Shown one piece after another: positions 29,095 to 39,049 of a stretch of DNA of 64,000 bases. The number at the start of each line of letters is the position of its first letter. Within the stretch, counting starts at the first letter, position 1. The position numbers and the translations under genes were made by a program. Origin of the DNA: an uncultured Erysipelotrichaceae bacterium (lineage in GTDB: Bacteria > Bacillota_I > Bacilli_A > RF39 > UBA660); the NCBI GenBank assembly GCA_902801795.1, contig CADCJQ010000002.1, positions 1,925 to 65,924 on the forward strand, written 5' to 3'. Below the pieces are notes generated by a model. That model ran no database searches. It was not told where the DNA came from and saw only the letters and a program-made list of their open reading frames with translations.

Positions 29095-30105
29095 ATGAAG
29101 AGAATAAGAAGTAGTCATATATTAGTTAAATTAATGTTAGTAATAGATTTTTTTATTATATTATGTTTTGTTTTTGTTTATGGTCCGATTGATTATGCAA
29201 AAGTATTTTGGATAACAACGGCAATGGCAACCGGAGAACATCAGTATTTTGCTAATATCTTTTATAATGAAGAAACTATTAAAGATGTTATGAGTAATAA
29301 CTATATGGAAGAAATTACTGAAGATACGGATGCAAGTAGTATAACGATTGGTAAACAAGAAAAGGTTAATAGTTATACTTCGGTTTATGAAAAAGAAATT
29401 TTAGAACATGATGAAGATGCTTTATATAAATTAATTGAATTTAAATATAATGATTTTGATTGTTATTTAATAGCAATATATGATCCAACTAGACTGGAAG
29501 TAGCTTATAATAAAAAGATTAATCAAGGAAGAATTGTTAGTGAAATTGTTAAAGAAAATAATGCCATATTAGGAATTAATGGTGGTGGATATTATATTGG
29601 TAGTGGATATCCTCAAGGAATGATTGTTCACGATGGTAAAGTTATTTATTCATCAGGAACAGAGAAGATAACGACAGGTGCGATTAATCAAGATGGTGTT
29701 TTAATTGTTGGTAGTATGAATGCTAGTGATGTTAAAGAAAAAAATATTAAAGAGGCAGTTAGTTTTGGACCAGCGTTGATTGTTAATGGGAAAGCAGCAG
29801 CGTTTAAAGGAAATGGTGGTCATGGATTAAATCCTAGAACAGTTTTAGCTCAAAGAAAAGATGGTATTATGTTACTTCTTGTTGTTAATGGTTACGGAAG
29901 AAGTCTTTCATGGAAAGGGCGAGGAGGAGTTTATCTAACGGATTTAATAACCATATTACAAAGATATAATGCCTATAATGCAGTTAATATGGATGGAGGA
30001 AGTTCAACAACACTAGTTATTGGAAATAAATTAATTAATGAGCCTTGTTCACCTATTAATAAAAATAATCAGCATTTTGTCAGAAGTGCATGGCTTTTAA
30101 AATAA
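29095..30105 (+). CDS. Phosphodiester glycosidase (NAGPA/DUF2233)-like protein, membrane anchored, paralog 1
   Basis: N-terminal TM, GINGGGY, FGPALIVNGK, NPRTVLAQRKDG and NMDGGSSTT motifs. ATG 29095. Confidence 0.65.
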   Translation: MKRIRSSHILVKLMLVIDFFIILCFVFVYGPIDYAKVFWITTAMATGEHQYFANIFYNEETIKDVMSNNYMEEITEDTDASSITIGKQEKVNSYTSVYEKEILEHDEDALYKLIEFKYNDFDCYLIAIYDPTRLEVAYNKKINQGRIVSEIVKENNAILGINGGGYYIGSGYPQGMIVHDGKVIYSSGTEKITTGAINQDGVLIVGSMNASDVKEKNIKEAVSFGPALIVNGKAAAFKGNGGHGLNPRTVLAQRKDGIMLLLVVNGYGRSLSWKGRGGVYLTDLITILQRYNAYNAVNMDGGSSTTLVIGNKLINEPCSPINKNNQHFVRSAWLLK

Positions 30106-30457
30106 AAAAGTTATCCACAATAATTGTGGATAAAGATTGAATTAATTATTTAAAAATGTTATTGTGAATATGTCAAGGATAACTTAATATAATAAGAACA
30201 TACTAATAATCATAATATTATTAGTATGCTTTATTATTACCAAAAATAGTTATTCTAACGTAATATTAGAATATAAATAAACGTAAGTTACAAAAATATC
30301 ATCTTATGAAAAAAATCTTGTTTTAAACAATAATAGTGGAAAAAGTTTAATTAATAATTAATTACGTAAAGCAAGTATTTATAAATTAATTTTTATTTAT
30401 AAACCTTATTTACATATATTCTAATTTGTGGTAAATTATAATAGTTGGAGAGTTGTG

Positions 30458-31984
30458 ATGAGTAAAGAGATACAAGAAGATAAAGAAAAGAAAGATAATA
30501 ATATTGAAAAAAAAGAAAAGAAAAGTCTAGCGAGTGAAGATACTTATTTTAATTTACAAGATAGTTTAAAAGATTTGAATTATAAAAAAAGATTTGAAGA
30601 TAAAAAGGAAAAAGAAGAAATAGAAATTTTAGATTTTAATGATGATGAAGAAAATAAAAAGGAAAAAAATAATAAAAGTGTAGTAAAGAATAAGAAAGAA
30701 AAATCTAAGAAAAAACTTCGTAAGGGAGAAAAAATCTTTTTATTAATAAATATTTTAGTTATTTTGGGAATTATTGGCTTTTATGCATATCGTACAGTTT
30801 ATTATTATAAATTAAGTCACGAAGTAGAAGGAGAAATAACATTAAGAGATAAATTAACGGCACTTGATAATTTAGAGTTTCAAAATGATGGTCTTTATGA
30901 AAAAGATAAGTATTTCTATTATAAAGGTGTAAATGTTAATAACTATGTTTATTACTCTGGAAGAATGTATCGTATTATTGATATTGATAATGGTATTCGC
31001 ATGATTGATAGTGATACATCAACAAGTTTAGTTTATGGAGTAGATACAGATTATAGTAATTCTAATGTATATAATTGGTTAAAAGATTACTTAGAAACAT
31101 TAAAAGATTATGAAGTTTATTTACAAGAAAATAATTGGTGTAATGAAAAAATAGATGTTAATAATTATGATTGTCAAAAAACAATTAATAGTTATGTTGG
31201 TTTACTAAGTACTAAAGATTATTTACAAGCAGGTGGAAAAAACAGTTATTTAAATAATGAAACTTATTTTTGGACATTAAATGTTGATAAGGATAATAAA
31301 CCATTATTTATTAATAAAGAAGGTAGTATTAATAATGTTGTGTCAACAGAAGATAATTACTTTAGTTATGGTATAAGACCAGTTATTACTTTAAAAGATG
31401 AAGTTACTATTATTGATGGTGATGGTAGTTATGAAAATCCTTTTATTATAGAAAATATCGGTAACGCTTTATTAAAAGATAATGGTGTTGGTAGTTATGT
31501 AAAATATTATGGCGAAGATTATCGTATTTTGAAAATTGAAGATGATGGTGTAAGACTAATTAGTGATAATACTTTAGATGTTGAAAAGAATTATAAGGAA
31601 TTAGTTAAATATTTAAATGAAGAATATATAAAGAAATTTCCTAAAGATGATTTAGTTAAAATGAATTATATAGTTAATGAATATAATTTTAATAATAAAT
31701 ATAATTATAAAGATGTTAAAGAAACCTTGAGTGATTATGTAATTATTCCAAGTGTTGGAGATTTATTTTTGAATGATACAGATGGTTATTGGTTAAATAC
31801 TATTAATGATAGTAATTTAGGACTTTATTATACAGTTGATGAAAATAAAATGTTTTTTGGAGATTTAAGAAATAATAATCATAAAGTGCGTCCTATTATT
31901 AAAGTTAGTCATGATGTTGTTGCAAGTAGTGGAAAAGGTACGAAAGAAGAACCTTTAGTAATTGGTGATAATAATGTGGAATAA
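30458..31984 (+). CDS. Membrane-anchored protein with a Lys/Glu-rich N-terminus and two repeated extracellular modules ending in [IV]RP[VI]I (DUF6273-like pattern)
   Basis: GGAGAG lies 5 nt before ATG 30458. One TM (IFLLINILVILGIIGFYAY). Contains YFWTLN...GIRPVITL and GYWLNT...KVRPIIKV. Confidence 0.45.
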   Translation: MSKEIQEDKEKKDNNIEKKEKKSLASEDTYFNLQDSLKDLNYKKRFEDKKEKEEIEILDFNDDEENKKEKNNKSVVKNKKEKSKKKLRKGEKIFLLINILVILGIIGFYAYRTVYYYKLSHEVEGEITLRDKLTALDNLEFQNDGLYEKDKYFYYKGVNVNNYVYYSGRMYRIIDIDNGIRMIDSDTSTSLVYGVDTDYSNSNVYNWLKDYLETLKDYEVYLQENNWCNEKIDVNNYDCQKTINSYVGLLSTKDYLQAGGKNSYLNNETYFWTLNVDKDNKPLFINKEGSINNVVSTEDNYFSYGIRPVITLKDEVTIIDGDGSYENPFIIENIGNALLKDNGVGSYVKYYGEDYRILKIEDDGVRLISDNTLDVEKNYKELVKYLNEEYIKKFPKDDLVKMNYIVNEYNFNNKYNYKDVKETLSDYVIIPSVGDLFLNDTDGYWLNTINDSNLGLYYTVDENKMFFGDLRNNNHKVRPIIKVSHDVVASSGKGTKEEPLVIGDNNVE

Positions 31985-32984
31985 ATTAAAGAAATGTCAT
32001 CTTTTAGTTAAATTAATGTTAATTGTTGATTTCTTTATTATGTTATGTTTTATCTTTGTTTATGGACCAATTGATTATGCGAAAGTTTTTTGGATAACAA
32101 CAGCTATGGCAACGGGAGAACATCGATATTTTGCTAATATCTTTTATAGTGAAGATACGATAAAAGAAGTTATGAGTAATAATTATTTAGAAGAGATAAA
32201 TGAAGATACGGATGTTAGTAGTATCACTATTGGTAAACAAGAGAAAGTTACTAGTTATACATCCGTTTATGAAAAAGAAATCTTAGAACATGATGAAGAT
32301 GCTTTATATAAATTAATTGAATTTAAATATAAAGAATTTGATTGTTATATGATAGCAGTATATGATCCTAAAAGAGTAGAAGTAGCTTATAATAAAAAAA
32401 TTAATCATGGTAAAATCTTAACAGAAATAGTTAAAGAAAATGATGCAATATTAGGAATTAATGGTGGAGGATATTTCTGGAGTAATGGATATCCTCAAGG
32501 TATGGTTGTTCATGACAGTAAAATAGTTTATTCTTCTGGTACACAAAAGAATACTACGGCTGCCATTAATGAAGATGGTGTTTTAGTTATTGGTAGTATG
32601 AATGCTAGTGATGTTAAAGAAAAAAATATTAAAGAAGCTGTTAGTTTTGGGCCTGCTTTGATTGTTAATGGTAAAGCAGCTAGTTTTAAAGGAAATGGTG
32701 GTAGTGGATTAAATCCAAGAACCGTTCTTGCTCAAAGAAAAGATGGTATAATATTATTCTTAGTAGTTAATGGCTATGGAAGTCGTTTATCTTGGAAAGG
32801 ACGCGGTGGCGTTTACGTAACTGATTTAATTAAAATATTAGAACGATATAGTGCTTATAATGCAATTAATATGGATGGAGGAAGTTCTACAACAATGGTT
32901 ATTGGTGATAAATTAATTAATGATCCTTGTGAACCTTTAAAAGATGGACAAGATTTTATTAGAACGGCATGGATATTAAAATAA
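31974..32984 (+). CDS. Phosphodiester glycosidase (NAGPA/DUF2233)-like protein, paralog 2
   Basis: Near-collinear with 29095-30105 at high amino-acid identity over the full length. Overlaps the preceding gene by 11 nt. Confidence 0.65.
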   Translation: MWNKLKKCHLLVKLMLIVDFFIMLCFIFVYGPIDYAKVFWITTAMATGEHRYFANIFYSEDTIKEVMSNNYLEEINEDTDVSSITIGKQEKVTSYTSVYEKEILEHDEDALYKLIEFKYKEFDCYMIAVYDPKRVEVAYNKKINHGKILTEIVKENDAILGINGGGYFWSNGYPQGMVVHDSKIVYSSGTQKNTTAAINEDGVLVIGSMNASDVKEKNIKEAVSFGPALIVNGKAASFKGNGGSGLNPRTVLAQRKDGIILFLVVNGYGSRLSWKGRGGVYVTDLIKILERYSAYNAINMDGGSSTTMVIGDKLINDPCEPLKDGQDFIRTAWILK

Positions 32985-32985
32985 A

Positions 32986-33017
32986 ATATAAAGGTAATTA
33001 CTTTATATTTTTTTAAA
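32986..33017 (+). terminator. Rho-independent terminator
   Basis: atataaag / ctttatat stem followed by a T-run. Confidence 0.6.
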
Positions 33018-33030
33018 AAAGAGGTAGATT

Positions 33031-33819
33031 ATGTTTAAAGGAAATTATAATTTTTTTGATTATAAATATAATATTAGTGGGTATAATGGACAAGATTTTG
33101 GTAGTATTATGCAATACCTTTATTTAGTTATTTCGATTATTTTGATAATAACTTTATTAATTATTTTTCGAAAATCTTCTAAAGATAAAATTATTAAAAT
33201 TACTCGAGTTATTGGAATTTTCTTAATTATTTTTTATTTAGGGAAAACAATTTGGGAATCTATTTATGATATTAAATTAAATGGTTCTTTTAATACTGGA
33301 TTATTACCTTTTGATACTTGTTCAATTATTATGTATGCTGCTTTATTAGCTGGTTTTACGAAAGGTAAAATACAAGAACTATCTTTATGTTGGTTAGCAA
33401 CAGGAGGAATTGTTGGAGGATTATCCACAATGGTGGTTTTAAATGCATTTAAGTATTATCCTTTCTTTTCCTTTGGGGCTTTTTATTCGATGATTTGGCA
33501 TTTTTTAATGGTTTTTCTAGGTTTATTAATTATTGTTACGAAAACTATTGATTTAAAGTATTCCATGGTTATTAAAGGTTTTATCTTTCATTTATTAATA
33601 TCTTTAATTATTATTCCTATAGATTATATTTATGACTTTGATTTTATGTTATATCATTATATGGGAAGTATTCCTTTCTTTGAAGATATAGGAAGTAAAC
33701 TAATTGCGAATAACTTAGCAATATTAAATCCTTTAATAATGTTAATACTATATTTCCTTTCTTTTAATTTAATTTATTTTATATCTTTAGGTGTTAATAA
33801 AATTTTTACAAGAAAATAA
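33031..33819 (+). CDS. Polytopic integral membrane protein (possibly the YwaF/TIGR02206-like family)
   Basis: 262 aa with about 7 hydrophobic segments. The family assignment is tentative. Confidence 0.4.
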   Translation: MFKGNYNFFDYKYNISGYNGQDFGSIMQYLYLVISIILIITLLIIFRKSSKDKIIKITRVIGIFLIIFYLGKTIWESIYDIKLNGSFNTGLLPFDTCSIIMYAALLAGFTKGKIQELSLCWLATGGIVGGLSTMVVLNAFKYYPFFSFGAFYSMIWHFLMVFLGLLIIVTKTIDLKYSMVIKGFIFHLLISLIIIPIDYIYDFDFMLYHYMGSIPFFEDIGSKLIANNLAILNPLIMLILYFLSFNLIYFISLGVNKIFTRK

Positions 33820-33877
33820 TTAAATTTATTTACTTTTGGAATTTAAATAACTATAATAATAAACCGTGAGGTTTGGT

Positions 33878-34645
33878 ATGAGTTATTTATTATGGATTTT
33901 ACTAGGTTATTTAATAACTTTAATAGGGACATTTACGATAAGAGGAGTCAACTTTTATTTATTAATTATTGATTTAGCAACAGAATGTTATAAAATTGAT
34001 TTTGATGAAATGCATGATAGTAATGAAATATATGATTTTAATTTTAAAAGAATTGATTATGAATCTTTTATTCCTATATATAACGTTATTAAAGCAAGTT
34101 TATCATTAATTGATTATAATAAATATTGTGGTGATATTATTAGTTATTTAGATGGTATTTTTGTTGTTCAACCAATGGCGAAGTTTGAACAATATGAATA
34201 TTTAAAAAATCCTAGTATTCTTAATTTATTTAAGGTATTAAAAAATGGTAGTAAGAGATTAGAAAAAGCTAATTATTTTGAAGTAATAGATAATGATGGA
34301 TTTGTTGATGGTAAAGTTATTTATGAAGGAGAAGATGATATTACTATTTTGGATACATCAGGTGTTTTTAATAAAAAAACAATATCTGAAATAACAGAAA
34401 TAATTAGAACCAATGATGGAAAGCATCAATTTAATAACTTCTTTCATAATAATGGAAAAACTAAACTTCTTGTAACGAAGGATGAAGAAATAAAAAATAA
34501 AATAGAAGAAGTTAAAGAATTAAAAAATGATTTTAAAATAAGTAAATTAAAAGAATTAAAAGAATATCTTTTATTATTAAAAAATAAAACAAATGATGAA
34601 GATAAAGGTAAACAAAAAAGTATTGGAAGTAAAAGAAATAATTAA
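33878..34645 (+). CDS. Hypothetical membrane-anchored protein
   Basis: GAGG lies 6 nt before ATG 33878. One N-terminal TM. The 3' end is duplicated at 35819-35908. Confidence 0.5.
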   Translation: MSYLLWILLGYLITLIGTFTIRGVNFYLLIIDLATECYKIDFDEMHDSNEIYDFNFKRIDYESFIPIYNVIKASLSLIDYNKYCGDIISYLDGIFVVQPMAKFEQYEYLKNPSILNLFKVLKNGSKRLEKANYFEVIDNDGFVDGKVIYEGEDDITILDTSGVFNKKTISEITEIIRTNDGKHQFNNFFHNNGKTKLLVTKDEEIKNKIEEVKELKNDFKISKLKELKEYLLLLKNKTNDEDKGKQKSIGSKRNN

Positions 34646-34715
34646 TGCTTTATAATGATAATGTATTGACCAAGAATATAAAAATATGTTATTCTAATAA
34701 TAGAGGTGTTGTATT

Positions 34716-35804
34716 ATGTATGATGACGATAGTTGGATGTTACCCAAGATGGAATTTAGAGAAGAAGCCCTTGAAGTAATGAAGAGAGGAGGAACGTCAA
34801 TTGTTCCAGCTTTTGTGATATTTAAGCAAATGCGTCCTGAGTTTAGAGATGATGATGAAATTGTATTAGAAGCTTTAAGGCATGGTGCTGATTTTTCATA
34901 TGCAAGTCCAAGATTAAGAAAAGATAGAGAATTTATTAAAAAAGCAATTGAATGTAATCCACATAGTATAGGTGGCGCCGATAGTCAATATAAAAATGAT
35001 GTTGAACTTGCATCAATGGCAATAAAAAAAGACCCTATTACAATTTTAGACTTTGGTTATGAAATAAAAGATAATTATGATTTGGTTTTACAAGCAGTTA
35101 GCAATTATAATAGGGATAGGAGTTTATCTAGAATGTCAATATTAGAGTATATAAGCCCACGTTTAAAAGACAATGAGCAAATTGTATTTGCTGCTGTTCA
35201 AAATGGTGATGAAATAAAATGGGCAAGTAATAGAATTCGTGATAATGAACAAATTGCGATGGAAGCCGTAAAAAAGAATGGATTTGCATTAGGGTATATA
35301 AGTCCAAGGTTAAGAGAAAAAAAAGAAATAATTATTGCAGCTTTGAAACAAAATCATGATGCATATGAATATGTTCCAGAAAGTATGAGAGCTAATGAAG
35401 ATGTAATTGATGTAATAAAAGATGATATGAATATTTGGAATGAGCATAGCCTACATTTTTTCAATTATCATTTAACTCCAGAAATAAGAGCTGTTAGAGA
35501 GAAAATACTTTCTTCATCTGTTACAACTCGTGAAAATGATAAAGTAGAAGAAAGAGAGGCAGCTTTATCAGAAGATGAAGAACAAAAAGTTGAAGATATT
35601 CAAACAAAGGATGAAGGAAAAGGGGATTTTGTTCATGAAGAAGATAAAACAAAATCTCGTGATGATTCTGAAATGCTTTCACTTATGAAAGAAATTTTGA
35701 CAAGCCAAAAGAGCGTAATTAAAAGAATTCAAGAATTAGATGACAAGGTAGCTAGATTAGAACAAAATGATAAAACAGATAGTTTATCAGGAATAGGTAA
35801 GTAA
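34716..35804 (+). CDS. DUF4116 repeat protein with an acidic, coiled C-terminus
   Basis: Repeated D.E.VL.A...G....YAS..LR.D.E motifs (at least 5 copies). Confidence 0.75.
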   Translation: MYDDDSWMLPKMEFREEALEVMKRGGTSIVPAFVIFKQMRPEFRDDDEIVLEALRHGADFSYASPRLRKDREFIKKAIECNPHSIGGADSQYKNDVELASMAIKKDPITILDFGYEIKDNYDLVLQAVSNYNRDRSLSRMSILEYISPRLKDNEQIVFAAVQNGDEIKWASNRIRDNEQIAMEAVKKNGFALGYISPRLREKKEIIIAALKQNHDAYEYVPESMRANEDVIDVIKDDMNIWNEHSLHFFNYHLTPEIRAVREKILSSSVTTRENDKVEEREAALSEDEEQKVEDIQTKDEGKGDFVHEEDKTKSRDDSEMLSLMKEILTSQKSVIKRIQELDDKVARLEQNDKTDSLSGIGK

Positions 35805-35818
35805 AATATTAATTGATA

Positions 35819-35908
35819 ATTAAAAGAATATCTTTTATTATTAAAAAATAAAACAAATGATGAAGATAAAGGAAAACAAAAAAGTATAGGAAGTAAAAAA
35901 AATAATTA
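35819..35908 (+). repeat. Displaced copy of the 3' end of gene 33878-34645 (direct repeat of 34555-34645)
   Basis: About 90 nt with roughly four mismatches. It still encodes KEYLLLLKNKTNDEDKGKQKSIGSKKNN plus a stop. Confidence 0.85.
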
Positions 35909-35961
35909 GAATATTTTCTTAAAATATTGACAAAATAATAATAAGTGCATAAAATAATGTT

Positions 35962-36226
35962 ATAAATCTTTGATGAAGAGAAGTAGTATTAATAAACTTA
36001 TTAGCGAGTTAACAATTGGTGAGAGGTTAACAAAGAAATATTAATATGAATAACACTTTGGAGAGCTTATCTGAAATAGAAGTAGGATTGCCGGGTATTT
36101 ACCGTTATAAAAATTGAGGTTATAAGACCGATAAGAGTGGTTACGTAAAGTAACAAAATGGGTGGTACCGCGAATTCAAGAGTCATTCGTCCCTTTGTGG
36201 ATAGAGACTCTTTTTTAATTATTATT
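35962..36226 (+). promoter_or_regulatory. T-box leader (Asn specifier) controlling asnS
   Basis: Promoter TTGACA, 17 nt, TAAAAT at 35927-35955. Stem I elements are present (AGCGAG, GGTGAGAGG). GAAUAACA in the specifier region offers AAU/AAC. The T-box core aaatgggtggtaccgcg is at 36156-36172. A terminator aagagtc...gactc plus T6 follows. Confidence 0.8.
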
Positions 36227-36242
36227 TTAAGGAGGAACGTTT

Positions 36243-37616
36243 ATGGACGTAAAAGAATTATTTGAAAAAATTGAAGAATTGATGGATAAAGAAGTAACTT
36301 TATCGGGATGGGTAAGAAACCATCGTAAACAAAAAGAATTTGGTTTTATTGATTTTTCTGATGGAACTTGTTTTAAACATGTTCAACTTGTTTATACGGA
36401 TAAGTTAGATAGTTTTGATGAAATAAGTAAAATTAAAATTGGTTCTAGTATTGAGGTAGTTGGAAAAGTTATTAAATCAGAAGGATCTGGACAAGATTTT
36501 GAAATTAGTGTTCAAAGTATTAAATTATTAGGTGATTGTCCTGATGAATATCCTATTCAACCTAAAAGACATACGAGAGAATTTTTAAGAGAAGAAGCTT
36601 ATTTAAGACCAAGAACGAATCTTTTTCAAGCGGTATTTCGTGTACGTAGTGTAGCGGCTATGGCAATTCATACTTATTTTCAAGATAGGGGATACGTATA
36701 CTTTCATGCACCATTAATTACAGCAAGTGATTGTGAAGGAGCAGGTCAAATGTTTCAAGTAACAACACTTGATTTAGCAAGAATAGCCAAAGATGGAAAA
36801 GTAGATTATACGAAAGATTTCTTTGGTAAAACCGCTGCTTTAACAGTATCAGGTCAACTTGAAGCAGAAACTTTTGCGATGGCTTATAAAAAAACATATA
36901 CTTTTGGACCAACATTTAGGGCAGAAAACTCTAATACTAAAACGCATGCTAGTGAATTTTGGATGATTGAACCAGAAATTGCCTTTTGTGATTTAGAAGG
37001 TGTAATGGATGTTGAAGAAGATATGTTAAAGTATATTGTTAAATATGTTCTTGATAAATGTCCTGATGAAATGGCATTCTTTGATAGTTTTGTGGAAAAA
37101 GGTTTACTTGACAAATTACATAAATTACTTGACAGTAAGTTTACAAGAATTAGTCATCATGATGTTATAAAAATATTAAAAGAAGCTAAAGTTAAATGGG
37201 AATTTGAGCCAGAGTATGGTGAAGATATTGCTAAAGAACATGAAAAATATATTACAGATTACTTTAATGGACCAGTATTTATTACTAATTGGCCAAAAGA
37301 TATTAAAGCCTTTTATATGAAACAAAATGATGATAATGAAACCGTTGCGGCTGTTGATTTGGAAGTACCAGGAGCAGGTGAATTAATAGGTGGTAGTCAA
37401 AGGGAAGAAAACTATGATAAATTAGTTCGTCGAATGGAAGAACTTGGTATGGAAAAAGAAAGTATGGAGTGGTATTTGAATCTTCGTAAATATGGAGGTT
37501 GTGTTCATTCAGGATTTGGCATGGGCTTTGAGAGATTACTTATTTATTTAACTGGAATAGAGAATATTCGTGATGTTATTCCTTATCCAAGAACGCCAGG
37601 AAATTGTGAATATTAA
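36243..37616 (+). CDS. asnS: Asparagine--tRNA ligase
   Basis: 457 aa, class IIb. FRAENSNTKTHASEFWMIEPE and GFGMGFERL. Confidence 0.95.
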   Translation: MDVKELFEKIEELMDKEVTLSGWVRNHRKQKEFGFIDFSDGTCFKHVQLVYTDKLDSFDEISKIKIGSSIEVVGKVIKSEGSGQDFEISVQSIKLLGDCPDEYPIQPKRHTREFLREEAYLRPRTNLFQAVFRVRSVAAMAIHTYFQDRGYVYFHAPLITASDCEGAGQMFQVTTLDLARIAKDGKVDYTKDFFGKTAALTVSGQLEAETFAMAYKKTYTFGPTFRAENSNTKTHASEFWMIEPEIAFCDLEGVMDVEEDMLKYIVKYVLDKCPDEMAFFDSFVEKGLLDKLHKLLDSKFTRISHHDVIKILKEAKVKWEFEPEYGEDIAKEHEKYITDYFNGPVFITNWPKDIKAFYMKQNDDNETVAAVDLEVPGAGELIGGSQREENYDKLVRRMEELGMEKESMEWYLNLRKYGGCVHSGFGMGFERLLIYLTGIENIRDVIPYPRTPGNCEY

Positions 37617-37714
37617 AAGGTACTTAGGTATCTTTTTTTTCTTGATAATTAAGTGTTTATAAACTATAATAGTTATATATTTGATAAAAAGAATAACATA
37701 GGTTGTGATAAAAA

Positions 37715-39010
37715 GTGTATAATAATGATTTTAATATGAATAATAACTATGAATTATATAATAACCAAGTAATGTATAATAATCATCCAAAGAAAAAATC
37801 TAATTTAATTAAATGGATTATTGTTATTTTATTAGTTGTTGCTTTGGTATTTGTTGTTTTAAATTTATTTGATATTGAATTATTGACTAAAGAATATCAT
37901 GTAACTTTTGCATTGAACGGTGCTGATGAAATTGAAACTATGGAAGTAAAATGTCAATCTAATTTTAATAGAGAATGTCAAGTTACTTTACCAGTTGCCA
38001 AACGTAATAATGGTGAAGTTTTAGGTTATTCTCGTGATATGAATTCTAAAGAAGCAGAATATAAAATAGGGGATCAATTACATTTAACTTCAGATATGAA
38101 TTTGTATGTTATTTCTAAAAAGGAAAATAAATTAATTATTGATAAAAGTAATGTTGATGAAGTAAGAGATGGTAAGACAAGCTGTATAGTTTATAATAAT
38201 GAAAAAGCATGCAAAGTAGATGTGCCAATTTTTAATAAATTAGGTTATAAAATAGAAGGATACACTAAAGAAAAAGGCAATATTAATAATTTAGTTGAGT
38301 TTAATAGTAAAATAGAATTAAATAATAATATTACTTTATATCCTGTATATGGAGAATATCAACATTATACAAATACTTCTAAAACACATTTTAAAGTAGA
38401 TAAGAGTGTCTTTCTTCATAATATGTATTTGGATATTGATTATAATTGTAATAGTGTTGCTAATTCATTAATTTCTAACTTAAATAAATTATTTACTACA
38501 TATCCCTTTTATTCATATAATAGTAAAATTATGTTGTTAAATGAAATTAATTATACTGCATTTGAGCGAGCATCAGGATTTTCTAATTCAGCGGGATTTA
38601 CTAATGAATATGAACCGAAAAATCCTACTGTTTTAGTAATGTGCACAGAGTCCCTTTCGCCATATATTGTTGCAGTTCATGAATTAACTCATGTAATTGA
38701 TGTAAAGTATAAAGCTATATCAGGTCATTTTCTTGCTGAAGAAAAAGAATTAATTAATCTAAGAAACAAATATAAAAATGTTAATAACCGTCCACTAAGA
38801 GATTATGCCTATTCGGATAGTGGAAATAGTAATGTTCCAGAGTTTTTTGCTGAATTAATAACGTACTATTATTTTAATTATGTTGATACATCATATGTAA
38901 TTGATGAAGCTGGTTATAGAAGAGGTAATTTTCCTGATGATATGAAAAAAATTGCCGAGAAGTATTTATGTATAGGAAGAAATAATTATGATTTTAGTAA
39001 ATGTTCTTAA
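37715..39010 (+). CDS. Membrane-anchored putative zinc metalloprotease (HExxH...EFFAE, M34/ATLF-like pattern)
   Basis: N-terminal TM. HELTH at nt 38678-38692 and EFFAE at 38840-38854, about 50 aa apart, which is the spacing seen in anthrax-LF/PPEP-type proteases. Confidence 0.5.
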   Translation: MYNNDFNMNNNYELYNNQVMYNNHPKKKSNLIKWIIVILLVVALVFVVLNLFDIELLTKEYHVTFALNGADEIETMEVKCQSNFNRECQVTLPVAKRNNGEVLGYSRDMNSKEAEYKIGDQLHLTSDMNLYVISKKENKLIIDKSNVDEVRDGKTSCIVYNNEKACKVDVPIFNKLGYKIEGYTKEKGNINNLVEFNSKIELNNNITLYPVYGEYQHYTNTSKTHFKVDKSVFLHNMYLDIDYNCNSVANSLISNLNKLFTTYPFYSYNSKIMLLNEINYTAFERASGFSNSAGFTNEYEPKNPTVLVMCTESLSPYIVAVHELTHVIDVKYKAISGHFLAEEKELINLRNKYKNVNNRPLRDYAYSDSGNSNVPEFFAELITYYYFNYVDTSYVIDEAGYRRGNFPDDMKKIAEKYLCIGRNNYDFSKCS

Positions 39011-39049
39011 AGACTTGATTATCAAATAAAACTATGCTAGAATATATCT

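Noticed and set aside
30113-30134. Perfect inverted pair of DnaA-box consensus sequences (TTATCCACA ataa TGTGGATAA). A similar imperfect pair occurs at about 61791-61816. Could this be an origin of replication?
   Set aside because: Each pair forms a simple hairpin directly downstream of a gene, so it behaves like a terminator. There is no cluster of additional boxes, no adjacent dnaA or dnaN, and no distinct unwinding element beyond the general AT-richness. Most likely these are coincidental palindromes.
30250-30375. Three occurrences of ACGTAA-containing short palindromes (for example GTAAGTTAC) in the spacer before gene 30458, as possible operator sites.
   Set aside because: The motifs are short and AT-rich and could easily arise by chance. 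No regulator gene is adjacent and no consistent spacing or longer consensus could be derived.
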